64,000 bases of DNA, taken from the NCBI GenBank assembly GCA_963803235.1, contig CAWDLL010000013.1, positions 13,722 to 77,721 on the forward strand, read 5' to 3'. The position numbers and the translations under genes were made by a program. Shown here in pieces: positions 11,604 through 22,942 of this stretch. The notes beneath the pieces were generated by a model, which was not told the origin of the DNA, ran no database searches, and saw only the letters and a program-made list of their open reading frames with translations. Numbering within the stretch: position 1 is the first letter of the stretch; the number at the start of each line of letters is the position of its first letter. This DNA comes from an uncultured Actinomycetota bacterium (lineage in GTDB: Bacteria; Actinomycetota; Actinomycetes; Propionibacteriales; Nocardioidaceae).

Positions 11604-12248
11604 ATGACCACCTGGGTCATCGGCCTGGTCTGCAACGCCATCATCGCCGTGGTCTACATGATGATCTCGCTGGCGATCATCGTGCCGCTCGCGAAGAGCC
11701 GGCAGCTCTGGACCAACCCGCTCGGCGCGGCCACGGCCGCGATCTTCTTCACCTGCTCGGTCCACCACGGCGCGCACTCCGTGCACATGCTGCTGCCGGC
11801 GTTCGGGCTGGACGAGGTGCAGGGCCTGGCGATGCGTACGGCGTGGGGCTGGCCGCTCGCGATCTGGGACGTCATCGGCGCGCTGGTCGGCATCTACTAC
11901 TGGACGCTGCGGCGCACCTACTCCTCCCTGATGCAGGGGGCCAAGCTGTTCGAGGACATGCGGCAGCGCGAGCAGCAGGCGCTCGAGATCAACGACAACG
12001 TGCTCCAGGGCCTCGTGGTCGCCAAGATGGCGCTCGACCTCGGCGAGCCGGACAAGGCCGACCGCGCGCTGAGCTCCGCCATCGACTCGGCCAGCCGGAT
12101 GATCACCGACCTGCTCGGCAGCGAGCACTTCGCCATCAACATGCTGCGCAGCGCCCCGGCCGTGACGACCGAGCCGCACGACGTACCCCTGCCGGAGACG
12201 GCCGACGAGCGGCCGGGTGAGCCGCGCTCCGGGGGGTCGACCACGTGA
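11604..12248 (+). CDS. 3-TM membrane sensor (ethylene-binding-domain-like) with a HisKA_3-like helix lacking His
   Basis: 'NAIIAVVYMMIS', 'IFFTCSVHHGAH', then 'QQALEINDNVLQGL'; no HATPase domain. Confidence 0.65.
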   Translation: MTTWVIGLVCNAIIAVVYMMISLAIIVPLAKSRQLWTNPLGAATAAIFFTCSVHHGAHSVHMLLPAFGLDEVQGLAMRTAWGWPLAIWDVIGALVGIYYWTLRRTYSSLMQGAKLFEDMRQREQQALEINDNVLQGLVVAKMALDLGEPDKADRALSSAIDSASRMITDLLGSEHFAINMLRSAPAVTTEPHDVPLPETADERPGEPRSGGSTT

Positions 12249-13655
12249 ATGCCACGGCGGCGGCCCAGCCGCTGCGCGTCGTCATCGTCGATGACACCCC
12301 CGACCTCCGCGACCTCCTGCGGCTCGCGCTCGAGAGCGGCGGGTTCGACGTGGTCGCCGAGGCCGGCGACGGCGCCGAGGCGATCGAGGTCGCCCGCAGC
12401 CACGTCCCCGACGTGATCCTGCTCGACCTGGCGATGCCGGTCATGGACGGGCTGGAGGCGCTGCCGACGCTGCGGCAGCTGTGCCCGGACGCGAAGATCG
12501 TGGTGCTGTCCGGGTTCGGGGCTGCGCAGATGACCCGCCGGGCACTGGCGGCCGGCGCCGACGGCTACCTCCAGAAGGGCGTGCCGCTGCGCACGATCCT
12601 CGACTACGTCCGCGACGTCACGAGCGACGACGCGCCACCTCCGCCGCGCGCCCTGACCATCGTCTCCGACCAGCCGCCGCAGCGCGAGGAGCACCCTCCT
12701 CCCCCGCCACCCGCGGAGTCGGCGCGGCTGGCGCCGTTCGGCATCATCGAGATCGCCAACGAGCCGATGTACCGCGTGGTGAGCGCCAACGAGACCGCCA
12801 ACGAGCTGCTCGGGAGGGCCTGCCGGCCGGGCACTCCGCTCTACGCCACCGCTCCGGCGCTCGCGAGCCTGATCGTCGTGCACGGCGCCGAGGGCACCGA
12901 GACGTTCGAGGTCGAGCAGCTCGACCACCGGCTGAAGGCGACGCTGCGCAGCGGCGGCGACTCCCTGTTCCTCTACCTCGACCGGGTGGACGAGGCTGAG
13001 GACGAGCTCCGCCGCCGGGTCGCCGCCACCGCCCACGAGCTGCGCGCCCCCGCCGCGGTCATCAGCGGACTGGTCGAGGCGCTGGTCAGCGGCGGCTCGG
13101 ACCTGGACGCCGCCGAGCGGACCCGGCTCATCGACGCGATCGGGCACCAGGCCGGACTGCTCGACAACGTGGCCGGAGACCTGCTGACTCAGGCGCAGGC
13201 CCAGCACGGCACCCTGCGGATCGAGACGGCCGACGTGGACCCGGGCGAGATCATGCGCAGCCAGGGCGAGGAACTGGAGTCCGCCACCGTGGAGGTCGAC
13301 GACCCCCGGACCGTGGTGGCCGACCCGCGCCGGCTCGAGCAGATGGTGCACAACCTGGTGAGCAACGCCCGCAAGTACGGCCGGCCGCCGTACACGCTTC
13401 GGGTGCGCGCCCGCGGCCGACCCGGCGTACGTCTGCCTCGAGGTCACCGATCGCGGGCCGGGCGTGCCCGAGTCGTTCCGCGAGCAGCTGTTCGGCGAGT
13501 ACACCCGGGCCGAGGGCACCGCGGCCGAGGGCGTGGGCCTCGGCCTGTACGTCGTGCACGTGCTCGCCGAGGCGCAGGGCGGGTCGGTGGGCCACACCGC
13601 GGCCCCGGGCGGCGGTGCGGTCTTCACGATCACGCTGCCCGCGACGCCTGCCTGA
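12245..13655 (+). CDS. Hybrid receiver-histidine kinase (frameshift near 13410-13435)
   Basis: REC 'IVDD..LLDLAMP..K'; H-box 'AHELRAP'; N-box 'NLVSNARKYG'; G-boxes 'DRGPGVP', 'GVGLGL' in the shifted frame. Confidence 0.85.
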
Positions 13656-13770
13656 CCCCGCCCAGGGACGGTCCTGCAAATCAGGATTTTGCCTTTGCGG
13701 CACTCTGCGCACCCCTACCATCAGGTGACCGGCTTCTTGGGGGGAGTCGTCATCAGGGGGAGAAGCGAGC

Positions 13771-14262
13771 ATGGGGAAGCTCTTCGGCAAGCGGCAGGCC
13801 AAGTCGGCCGAGCCGGTCGAGGCCGTCAGTGAGCCGGAACAACAGCGAGCGCGGCTGCGGATCGTCGTCGTCGACGACGACGTCGACGTCCGCGACCTGC
13901 TGCAGCTGGGACTGACGACCGACACGCTGGAGGTCGTCGGCACCGCCGCCGACGCGAACGAGGCGATCGACCTCGTCTCCAGCACGCAGCCGGACATCGT
14001 GCTGCTCGACCTGCACATGCCCGACATGGGCGGGCTCGAGGTGCTGCCGCGGCTGCGCGAGCTGTGCCCCGACGCCCGGGTGGTCGCGTTCTCGGCGATC
14101 GGCGCCACTCACATGGTCGAGAACGCGCTCGAGGCCGGGGTCTTCGGCTTCATCGAGAAGGGCGTCTCGATCGAGAGCATCATCAAGCACCTGGACCGGG
14201 TCTCCAGTGCCGGGCGCGTGAAGTTCGTGCGGCCCTACCCGCTCAACCGCGACTACGCCTGA
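13771..14262 (+). CDS. Single-domain response regulator (receiver only)
   Basis: 'VVDDD', 'LLDLHMPDMGG', 'FSA', 'FIEKG'; no output domain. Confidence 0.88.
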   Translation: MGKLFGKRQAKSAEPVEAVSEPEQQRARLRIVVVDDDVDVRDLLQLGLTTDTLEVVGTAADANEAIDLVSSTQPDIVLLDLHMPDMGGLEVLPRLRELCPDARVVAFSAIGATHMVENALEAGVFGFIEKGVSIESIIKHLDRVSSAGRVKFVRPYPLNRDYA

Positions 14263-14274
14263 GCGCTGCCACGG

Positions 14275-15160
14275 TCAGACCGTGCCGTCCGGCTCGGGCT
14301 CCGGCGGCTCGGCGTGCGCCGGGAACGGCGCCGCCTCGGCCACGTCCTCGTCGGCCAGGCAGGTCCGGCAGAAGTCCGCGCCGAACGGCGTCAGGTGGAT
14401 GCTGCGCCGCACCACCTTCGCGAACTTCACCGAGTGCATCGCCGCCAGCACGTCCGGCTGGGCCTCGACGACCTGGTACTCCATCGGGTCCCGGAGCGCC
14501 TCGCGTGAGAACCAGACCAGGCCGAGCCGGAACAGGTTGTTGAGGTAGGACGGCACCTGGTCGAGGTGGCGGCAGCCCGCCCGGGCGCCGATCATGGTCA
14601 GCCCGGGCGCGACCAGCTGGCTGTTGACCATCCCGACCGGCCCGCCGGTGCGGACGTCGACACTCGGCTGCGGGCCGCCCTCGAGCAGGAGCAGCAGGAC
14701 CCGTGCCTCGTCGGGCGCGAGCTCCTCGAGGATCCGTTCGTACGCCGGGTGCGCGACGTCGTCGTTCCACACGTCGCGCGAGCGCTCGAGCAGCTCGGCC
14801 CCGCGCTCCCGGAGGGTGGGCGGGTGCGGCGCGCGACCGTTGGTGGACGGTGCCGGCTCGGCCAGCTCGCCGAGCGACTCCCCCGCGCGTGGTCAGGGCG
14901 GTGGCGAGCGGTACGCCCGCGGAGACGGACCGGGCCAGCTCGCCCAGCACCGACGCGGCCCCGGTGGCGTCGCGGGCCAGCGCGGCCGCCTCGGTCGGGT
15001 CGGCGACGGCGCGGACCACGCGGCGGCCGGCGCGCGCCGACGTACGCACTCCCCACTCGGTGGTGTGCCACCAGGCCGAGGCGGCGACCCTGGCCAGGCC
15101 GGGCAGCGCGTCCACTGCGGGACCGATCGAGTCGCGGTCGGGGAGCTCGGGCGTGGTCAT
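14275..15160 (-). CDS. Abi-alpha/DUF4393-like protein (frameshift near 14890)
   Basis: 'HPAYERILEELAPDEARVL', 'YLNNL.RLGL', 'LTPFG.DFC'. Confidence 0.75.
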
Positions 15161-16452
15161 CCGCTCACCCCGAACAGCCACAGGTGCACGAAGCCCCCGC
15201 CGAGTCCCATGATCGCGCCGTGGGCGTACAGCATCCACTCGTCCTCCCTGATCGCGGCCCGCATCATCTCCACGAAGTCGCGGGGCGGCAGCTCCTTGGT
15301 CCGGGTCGCCACCAGTGCCCGGATCTTCTCGGCCTGGCGCCGGCTGAACTCTGGGTCCCGGAACGGCGTCAGCGTGCGCCCGACCGCCTCGCGGGCGACC
15401 GAGTCGCGGATCGTGTCGAAGCGGGCCGGGCCGACCGCCACCCGCACCGCGGCCCGCGCCGGGCCTGCCGCCTTGTCGATCGCCGGCCGCATCGCGGTCG
15501 CCAGCATCGACCGGGTCCGGTCGCCGCGCGGTCCGTCGAGCAGGAAGTCGCCGATCCGCTCGAGGGTGATCACGTCCTCGGCGATGATCCGGGCGTAGAC
15601 CTCCGCGGCCTCGTCCTGGCGCCGCGGGAAGAGGCCATGGACGGTGATCCCGAGGATCTTGCGCGGCTCGGGTGGCTCGAAGATCAGCCACATGCCCAGC
15701 GCGTTGGTCAGCCAGCCGACGACGACGCCGAGCACCGGCAGCAGCCACCACTGACCGAAGGCGTGGTCGACGAACGCGACCGGGATGCCGAGCAGGAACC
15801 CGAAGACGAAGCCGAAGGCGACCATCAGGTTCAGCTCGCGCTGGCCGAAGTCGCGGAAGATCCGCACCACCAGGGACGGGTTGGCGCGGAAGTGGTCGAT
15901 CACCATGATCTTGGGGTCGAGCAGCTGGTCGATGTGGATGCCGATCTCGTCGGTCACCCGGCCGACCACGCTCGGCAGCTGGGCCTGCACCCGCTCCACG
16001 ACGGCGGTGCGGACCGGGCCGGGCAGGTCGCGCCACAGCCGCGGGTGGTCCTGGCGCATCACGTCGTCGACGAGCTGCGGGATGTCCGGGCGGAAGACGG
16101 TGACGATGTGCTCGGCGATCTGCTCGGGCTCGAGCTGCTGGTAGAACTCGCTCGGCGTACCGAGCTTCGAGATCGCCTTGTCGACGGCGATGCTGCCCAT
16201 CTTGGCCGCCCGGGCCGGGATGATCCCCTGCCAGCCGATGCCGCCCTGGAGGATGCCGGGCACCTCCTGGACCTTGCGCGGCAGGATCGTCGCCAGCTCG
16301 CGCATGCCGGGGATCCGGACGCCGTGGAAGCGCACCGGGCTGAACAGCATGACCAGGCCCGACCAGTTGATCAGCCAGCCCACGACGCCGGTGAAGACCG
16401 GGATGGTCAGGAAGTGCAGCCAGTCGATGTCGGCGAAGAACTCCGCGACCAC
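15157..16452 (-). CDS. DUF445-like membrane protein
   Basis: 'IP..TG.VGW.INW', 'WQGIIPARA', repeated 'VGWLTN.L..IFEP...GLFPRRQ', 'EDEWML..HGA..G'. Confidence 0.8.
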   Translation of the reverse strand: MVAEFFADIDWLHFLTIPVFTGVVGWLINWSGLVMLFSPVRFHGVRIPGMRELATILPRKVQEVPGILQGGIGWQGIIPARAAKMGSIAVDKAISKLGTPSEFYQQLEPEQIAEHIVTVFRPDIPQLVDDVMRQDHPRLWRDLPGPVRTAVVERVQAQLPSVVGRVTDEIGIHIDQLLDPKIMVIDHFRANPSLVVRIFRDFGQRELNLMVAFGFVFGFLLGIPVAFVDHAFGQWWLLPVLGVVVGWLTNALGMWLIFEPPEPRKILGITVHGLFPRRQDEAAEVYARIIAEDVITLERIGDFLLDGPRGDRTRSMLATAMRPAIDKAAGPARAAVRVAVGPARFDTIRDSVAREAVGRTLTPFRDPEFSRRQAEKIRALVATRTKELPPRDFVEMMRAAIREDEWMLYAHGAIMGLGGGFVHLWLFGVSG

Positions 16453-16502
16453 GTGGCCTCCCTCCCGTCGTGCGCCGGTGACACCCGGACGAGGGTAACG
16501 AG

Positions 16503-16537
16503 GCCACTTGACAAATTGCCAGTGTTTGTCAAGTGGC
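16503..16537. repeat. Inverted repeat, 13-bp arms with 9-nt loop
   Basis: GCCACTTGACAAA-N9-TTTGTCAAGTGGC. Confidence 0.75.
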
Positions 16538-16591
16538 TCACATGCGTCGGGTAGTGAGGCAACGCGGGTGGGCGGGCGGTGGTTACGGTCT

Positions 16592-16685
16592 GCGCATTTC
16601 CCTGGTTAACCAGGGAAATGCGCGCTGGGCCAAGGAAGTTTCCCTGGCCAACAGCCCAAATCCCTGGTTAACCAGGGATTTGGGC
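16592..16685. repeat. Two perfect 32-bp palindromes with shared core TCCCTGGTTAACCAGGGA, flanking a degenerate third
   Basis: 16592-16623 GCGCATTTCCCTGGTTAACCAGGGAAATGCGC; 16654-16685 GCCCAAATCCCTGGTTAACCAGGGATTTGGGC. Confidence 0.85.
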
Positions 16686-16692
16686 AGGCGCG

Positions 16693-17126
16693 TCAGCGCC
16701 CGCGGCGCCAGACGACGAGCGCCTGGCCGGGATCGGGCTGGCGGAGGACGGGCAGCTTGTTGACCGGCTGGCCGGAGGTACGCCGGCCGGCGAGGGCCTG
16801 GCGGAGAGCCTCGCGGGTGGCTTCGAGCTCGGCGATCAGCTCCTCGTTGCGGACCTGGAGCGCGGTGACCCGGTTCTGGAGGTCGAGCAGCCGGCGCACG
16901 CCCTCGATGCCGATGCCGGAGGAGGTCAGCTCGGCGATCGACCGGAGCAGCTCGATGTCGCGGTGGGAGTAGCGGCGGCCGCCGCCGACGGTCCGGCCCG
17001 GGGTGATCAGGCCCATCCGCTCGTAGGTGCGCAGCGTCTGCGGGTGCAGGCCGGTGAGCTCCGCCGCCACGCTGATCACGTAGACGGCGGCGTCGGGACC
17101 GGGCGCGTCGAACGGGTTGTCGTCAT
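16693..17126 (-). CDS. hspR: Heat-shock repressor HspR (MerR family); in frame with dnaJ in this sequence
   Basis: 'VYVISVAAELTGLHPQTLRTYER.GL..P.RT.GGGRRYS'; last gene of the dnaK operon. Confidence 0.92.
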
Positions 17127-18291
17127 CGATCGAGCCCTCGAACAGGTTGGCCCGCAGCGGCTTGCCGGAGGTCGCCTCGCGGTAGGCCTGGACGGCTGCC
17201 CGGGCCTGCTCGTCGAGCACGGCCGGCACGTGCACGCGCACGGTCGCCAGCAGCGCGCCGTACGTGCCGTCGGCCTTGCGGGCGCCCTTGCCGCGGACCC
17301 GGAAGGTGCGCCCGTCGGGGGTGCCGGCCGGGATCTTGAGCGTGACCGGCGCGCCGCCCAGGGTCGGGACCTTGATGTCCGCGCCGAGGGCCAGCTCGTC
17401 GAAGGAGACGGGTACGTCGAGGGTCAGGTCGTCGCCCTTGCGCGCGAACAGGCGGTGCGAGGAGACCTTGACGACGACGTAGAGGTCACCGGCCGGGCCG
17501 CCGTTCTCGCCGGCCGCGCCCTTGCCCTTGATCCGGATCCGCTGCCCGTCCTTGACGCCGGCGGGGATCCGGGCCTGGATCGTGCGGGCGGACATGCCGC
17601 GACCGCTGCCCTGGCAGGTCGGGCAGGGCTCGTCGTAGACGAGCTGCCGGCCGCCGCAGGCGGGGCAGGTCTCGTTCATGGAGAACGCGCCGCCGACGGA
17701 CGACACGACGAAGCCCGCGCCCTCGCACTCGGGGCAGATGTGCGGCTTGGTGCCGGGCTTGCCGCCGGTGCCGGAGCAGTCGGGGCAGGGCGCGTCCGAG
17801 GTCAGCCGCAGCGAGATGGTCACGCCCTCGAGCGCGTCGGTGAAGCTGATCGTCGCGGTGGTCTCGACGTCGGAGCCCTTCTGCGGCCGCCGCTGCTGCT
17901 GGCGCCCGCGACCGCCGAACAGGTCGCCGAACATGTCACCGAAGCCGCCGCCGGCGCGGTCGCGGAGCAGGTCGTTGATGTCGAACCCGCCTCCGCCGCC
18001 GCCCTGGCCGCCGGGGAACCCACCGCGGAACCCGCCGGAGCCGTAGAGCGAGCGCATCTCGTCGTACTTCTTGCGCTTCTCGGCGTCACCGACGACGTCG
18101 TAGGCCTCGGCGACCGCCTTGAACCGGTCGTGCTTGGCGGTGTCGCCCGGGTTGGAGTCGGGGTGGTTGGCGCGAGCGAGCTTGCGATAGGCCTTCTTGA
18201 TCTCGTCCTGCGACGCGTCCTTCTTCACCCCGAGGACGTCGTAGAAGTCCTTGCCGGCCCAGTCGGCCCGCATCCCGTCGGTCGTGCTCAC
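17123..18291 (-). CDS. dnaJ: Chaperone DnaJ
   Basis: J domain with HPD, G/F-rich region, CxxCxGxG zinc-finger repeats. Confidence 0.95.
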
Positions 18292-18331
18292 TCGCGCACC
18301 CCCTCTCCCTCTCGCTTGCCTTGTCCCAGTG

Positions 18332-18969
18332 TTACTGCTCGCTCGGCCCGCTCGCGGGATCAACCACCAGCACCTGCGCGGCGCGCACGACGCGCTCGCC
18401 GATCCGGTAGCCCGACCGCGCGACCACCTTGCAGGTGGTGACCTCGACCTCGGGGTCCTCGCCGATGTGGGAGAGGGCCTCGTGGATGGTCGGGTCGAAG
18501 ACGTCGCCGACGGCGCCGAACTTGGTCAGCCCCAGACCGGCCACGACCCGCTCGAGCTGGTCGGCCACGGCCTGGAAGCCGGGGTCGAGGTCGCCGTGCT
18601 CCCGCGCCCGGTCGATGGTGTCGAGGACGTCGATGATCGGCGTGAGCGCGGAGTACGTCGCGTTCTCACGGATCAGGTCGCGGTCCCGGTCGACGCGCCT
18701 CTTGTAGTTGACGAACTCGGCCTGGATCCGCTGGAGGTCCGCGGTCCGCTCCGCCAGCGCCATCTGGGTCACGGTCAGCTCGTCCTCGGCCGGGGAGGCC
18801 TCGCGGGCCTCCTCGACCTCGGTCTCGTTGGCCATCTCCGCCGCACTGTCGCCGAACGAGTGGGCCGGGCCCGCCGACGCCTCAGGGGCGTCGGCGGGCT
18901 CGGGCTCCGGCACGAACGGCGCACCCGCGTCGGCGGGAGGACCCTGGTCGCCGTGGCTGGGGTCCTGGG

Positions 18970-18973
<4 letters not shown>
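18332..18973 (-). CDS. grpE: Nucleotide exchange factor GrpE
   Basis: '[14 protein letters not shown]', 'FDPTIHEA', '[14 protein letters not shown]'; operon position. Confidence 0.95.
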
Positions 18974-20859
<1,886 letters not shown>

Positions 20860-20932
20860 GGTTGCCTACCTCCGGTTGAGTTCGTGTGCTGCGGGCCCAT
20901 CCTCGGCCGCAGGCGGTGAGTCTGGCAAACAA

Positions 20933-20953
20933 GTTGAGTGCATTCAACTCAAC
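20933..20953. promoter_or_regulatory. HAIR operator upstream of dnaK
   Basis: GTTGAGT-GCATTCA-ACTCAAC; an extra ACTCAAC half-site at 20966-20972. Confidence 0.92.
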
Positions 20954-21029
20954 TCTGTTCACAGGACTCAACGCAGGAGCGACCCGGCGGTGTTCCCGCG
21001 TCCGCCAAGAACTTCCTGAGAGGTGGCAC

Positions 21030-21425
21030 TCAGGCGCCGGGGTAGATCCGGAAGCCCGCCATCCGCTTGTGCGCGAAGTTCGCGTAGAAGGGCTGCGCGG
21101 TGTCGGTGATCAGGTCCATCCGCTTGGTCCGGGTCGCCTGGAACGTCGCCACCACGAGCAGCCGGCCGATCCCCCGCCGCCGGTGGTCGGGGTGGACGGC
21201 CACGAAGCTGAGGTGCGACTGGAGCACCCCGTCGCCGAGCGCCTGCGCCCAGCCGACCAGCCGGCTGCCCTGCTCCTCGGCGACGTAGGCGACCGAGCCG
21301 GGCGCGGTGCACATCCGGCGCACGACGTCGGGGTCGGTCAGCGAGGGCCACTCGACGGTCTCGGACAGCGCCGCGATGTCGACGGCGTCCTCGTCCTCGA
21401 ACGGCCTGATGTCCACGGTGGCCAT
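21030..21425 (-). CDS. GNAT-family acetyltransferase
   Basis: 'VAVHPDHRRRGIGRLL', 'PFY'. Confidence 0.88.
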   Translation of the reverse strand: MATVDIRPFEDEDAVDIAALSETVEWPSLTDPDVVRRMCTAPGSVAYVAEEQGSRLVGWAQALGDGVLQSHLSFVAVHPDHRRRGIGRLLVVATFQATRTKRMDLITDTAQPFYANFAHKRMAGFRIYPGA

Positions 21426-21454
21426 GGCGGGACTCTAGGGGTTTCGTCGCCCGT

Positions 21455-21955
21455 CTAGTCCTCGCCCAGCGCGCGACCCCAGGCCTCGAGCAGGCGGGCC
21501 AGGCGGGTCCGGTCGATGTCGCCGAGACTGTCGAGCAGCCGGTGCTCGTTGGCCATGTGCGCCTCGAAGGCGCGGTCGATCAGCTCCCGGCCGGACGGCG
21601 TCAGCGCGATCACCCGGCCGCGTGCGTCCCGCTCACCCACCCGGCGCGTGACCAGGCCCCGCTCGGCGAGCCGGTCGACCCGCTTCGTGACCGCCCCCGA
21701 CGTCACCATCGTCGACGCAGCCAGCTCGCCCGGCGTCAGCTCGTACGGCGCCCCGGATCGCCGCAGGGTGGCCAGCACGTCGAACTCACCCTCGCCGAGC
21801 CCGAACTCGGCGTACACACTCACGAGCTCCTCCGTCAGCCGGGCGGCGACCCGGTGGAGGCGGCCGATCACCCCCTGCGGCGAGACGTCCAGGTCCGGAC
21901 GCTCGCGGCCCCACTGGTCCATGATCCGGCCGACGTGGTCCAGCTCTCGTTCCAT
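21455..21955 (-). CDS. MarR-family regulator (PecS/UrtR-like)
   Basis: 'DHV..I..QW..ERPDLD', 'FDVLATLRRSG.PY.LTPGEL', winged helix. Confidence 0.9.
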   Translation of the reverse strand: MERELDHVGRIMDQWGRERPDLDVSPQGVIGRLHRVAARLTEELVSVYAEFGLGEGEFDVLATLRRSGAPYELTPGELAASTMVTSGAVTKRVDRLAERGLVTRRVGERDARGRVIALTPSGRELIDRAFEAHMANEHRLLDSLGDIDRTRLARLLEAWGRALGED

Positions 21956-21959
21956 GGCT

Positions 21960-22003
21960 GGAATATATCTTCCCCGTCAATTATTATGTTTTCCGTGGAA
22001 ACT
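21960..22003. promoter_or_regulatory. AT-rich divergent intergenic region with a probable MarR operator
   Basis: Palindrome TTTCC-GT-GGAAA (21990-22001) and a TATCTT half-site between the MarR and EamA genes. Confidence 0.5.
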
Positions 22004-22942
22004 AACTGGCGGATCATCGCGTTCACGGCGATCGCCCCGATCGCCTGGGGTTCGTCGTACTACGTGACCGCCCACTTCCTCCCGCCCGACCGGCCGCTGT
22101 TCGGGGCCGCCGTCCGCGCGCTCCCGGTCGGCCTCGCGATGCTCGCGTTCACCAGACGACTCCCCTCCGGCGACTGGTGGTGGCGGGCCGGCCTGCTCGG
22201 CCTCCTCAACGTCGGCGCCTTCTTCCCGCTGATCTTCCTCGCCGGCTACCACCTCCCGGGCGGCCTCGCCGCCACGCTGACCGCGACCGCGCCGATCGTC
22301 GTGATGCTCACGGCGTGGGGGCTGATCGCGGAGCGACCCGCGGCCGCCTCGCTCGTGGGTGCGGCGATCGGGATCGTCGGCGTGGCGATGCTGGTCCTGC
22401 GCGGCGGGGTGAGCGCCAACCTCATCGGCGTGGCCGCCTCCCTGGGCGCGGTCGGCCTGTCCAGCCTGGGCTTCGTGCTCGCGAAGCGCTGGCAGCCGCC
22501 GGTGGACATGCTCACGTTCACGGCCTGGCAGCTGGTCGCGGGCGGCATCGTCCTGGTGCCCGTCGCCGCGCTGGCCGAGGGCGCGCCGCCGGCGCTCGAC
22601 GCGCGCGCCATCGGGGGCTTCCTCTACATCTGCGTGTTCGGCACCGCCCTCGCCTACGTCGCGTGGTTCACCGGCCTGCGCCGGATGGAGGCGGGGGCTG
22701 TGTCCTTGGTCGGCCTGCTGAACCCGGTCGCCGGCGTCGTGATCGGGATCGCGCTGGCGGGTGAGGCCTTCGGCGTCGCCCAGGCGTTGGGCATGGTGCT
22801 GGTGCTCGGCGGCGTGCTGCTCGGCCAGCCGGCCGTGCGCGCGATGGTCCGGTCCCGTCGCCGCGACCCCGTCCGCGCCCTGGTGTTGGATGGATCCGAT
22901 GCCATCGCCGACGAGCCGAGACGAGCAGTTCCGGCTGCGTGA
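21986..22942 (+). CDS. EamA/DMT transporter (PecM-like)
   Basis: 'TAIAPIAWGSSY', 'RALPVG', 'LPGGLAATL', 'LLNPV'. Confidence 0.9.
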   Translation: MFSVETNWRIIAFTAIAPIAWGSSYYVTAHFLPPDRPLFGAAVRALPVGLAMLAFTRRLPSGDWWWRAGLLGLLNVGAFFPLIFLAGYHLPGGLAATLTATAPIVVMLTAWGLIAERPAAASLVGAAIGIVGVAMLVLRGGVSANLIGVAASLGAVGLSSLGFVLAKRWQPPVDMLTFTAWQLVAGGIVLVPVAALAEGAPPALDARAIGGFLYICVFGTALAYVAWFTGLRRMEAGAVSLVGLLNPVAGVVIGIALAGEAFGVAQALGMVLVLGGVLLGQPAVRAMVRSRRRDPVRALVLDGSDAIADEPRRAVPAA

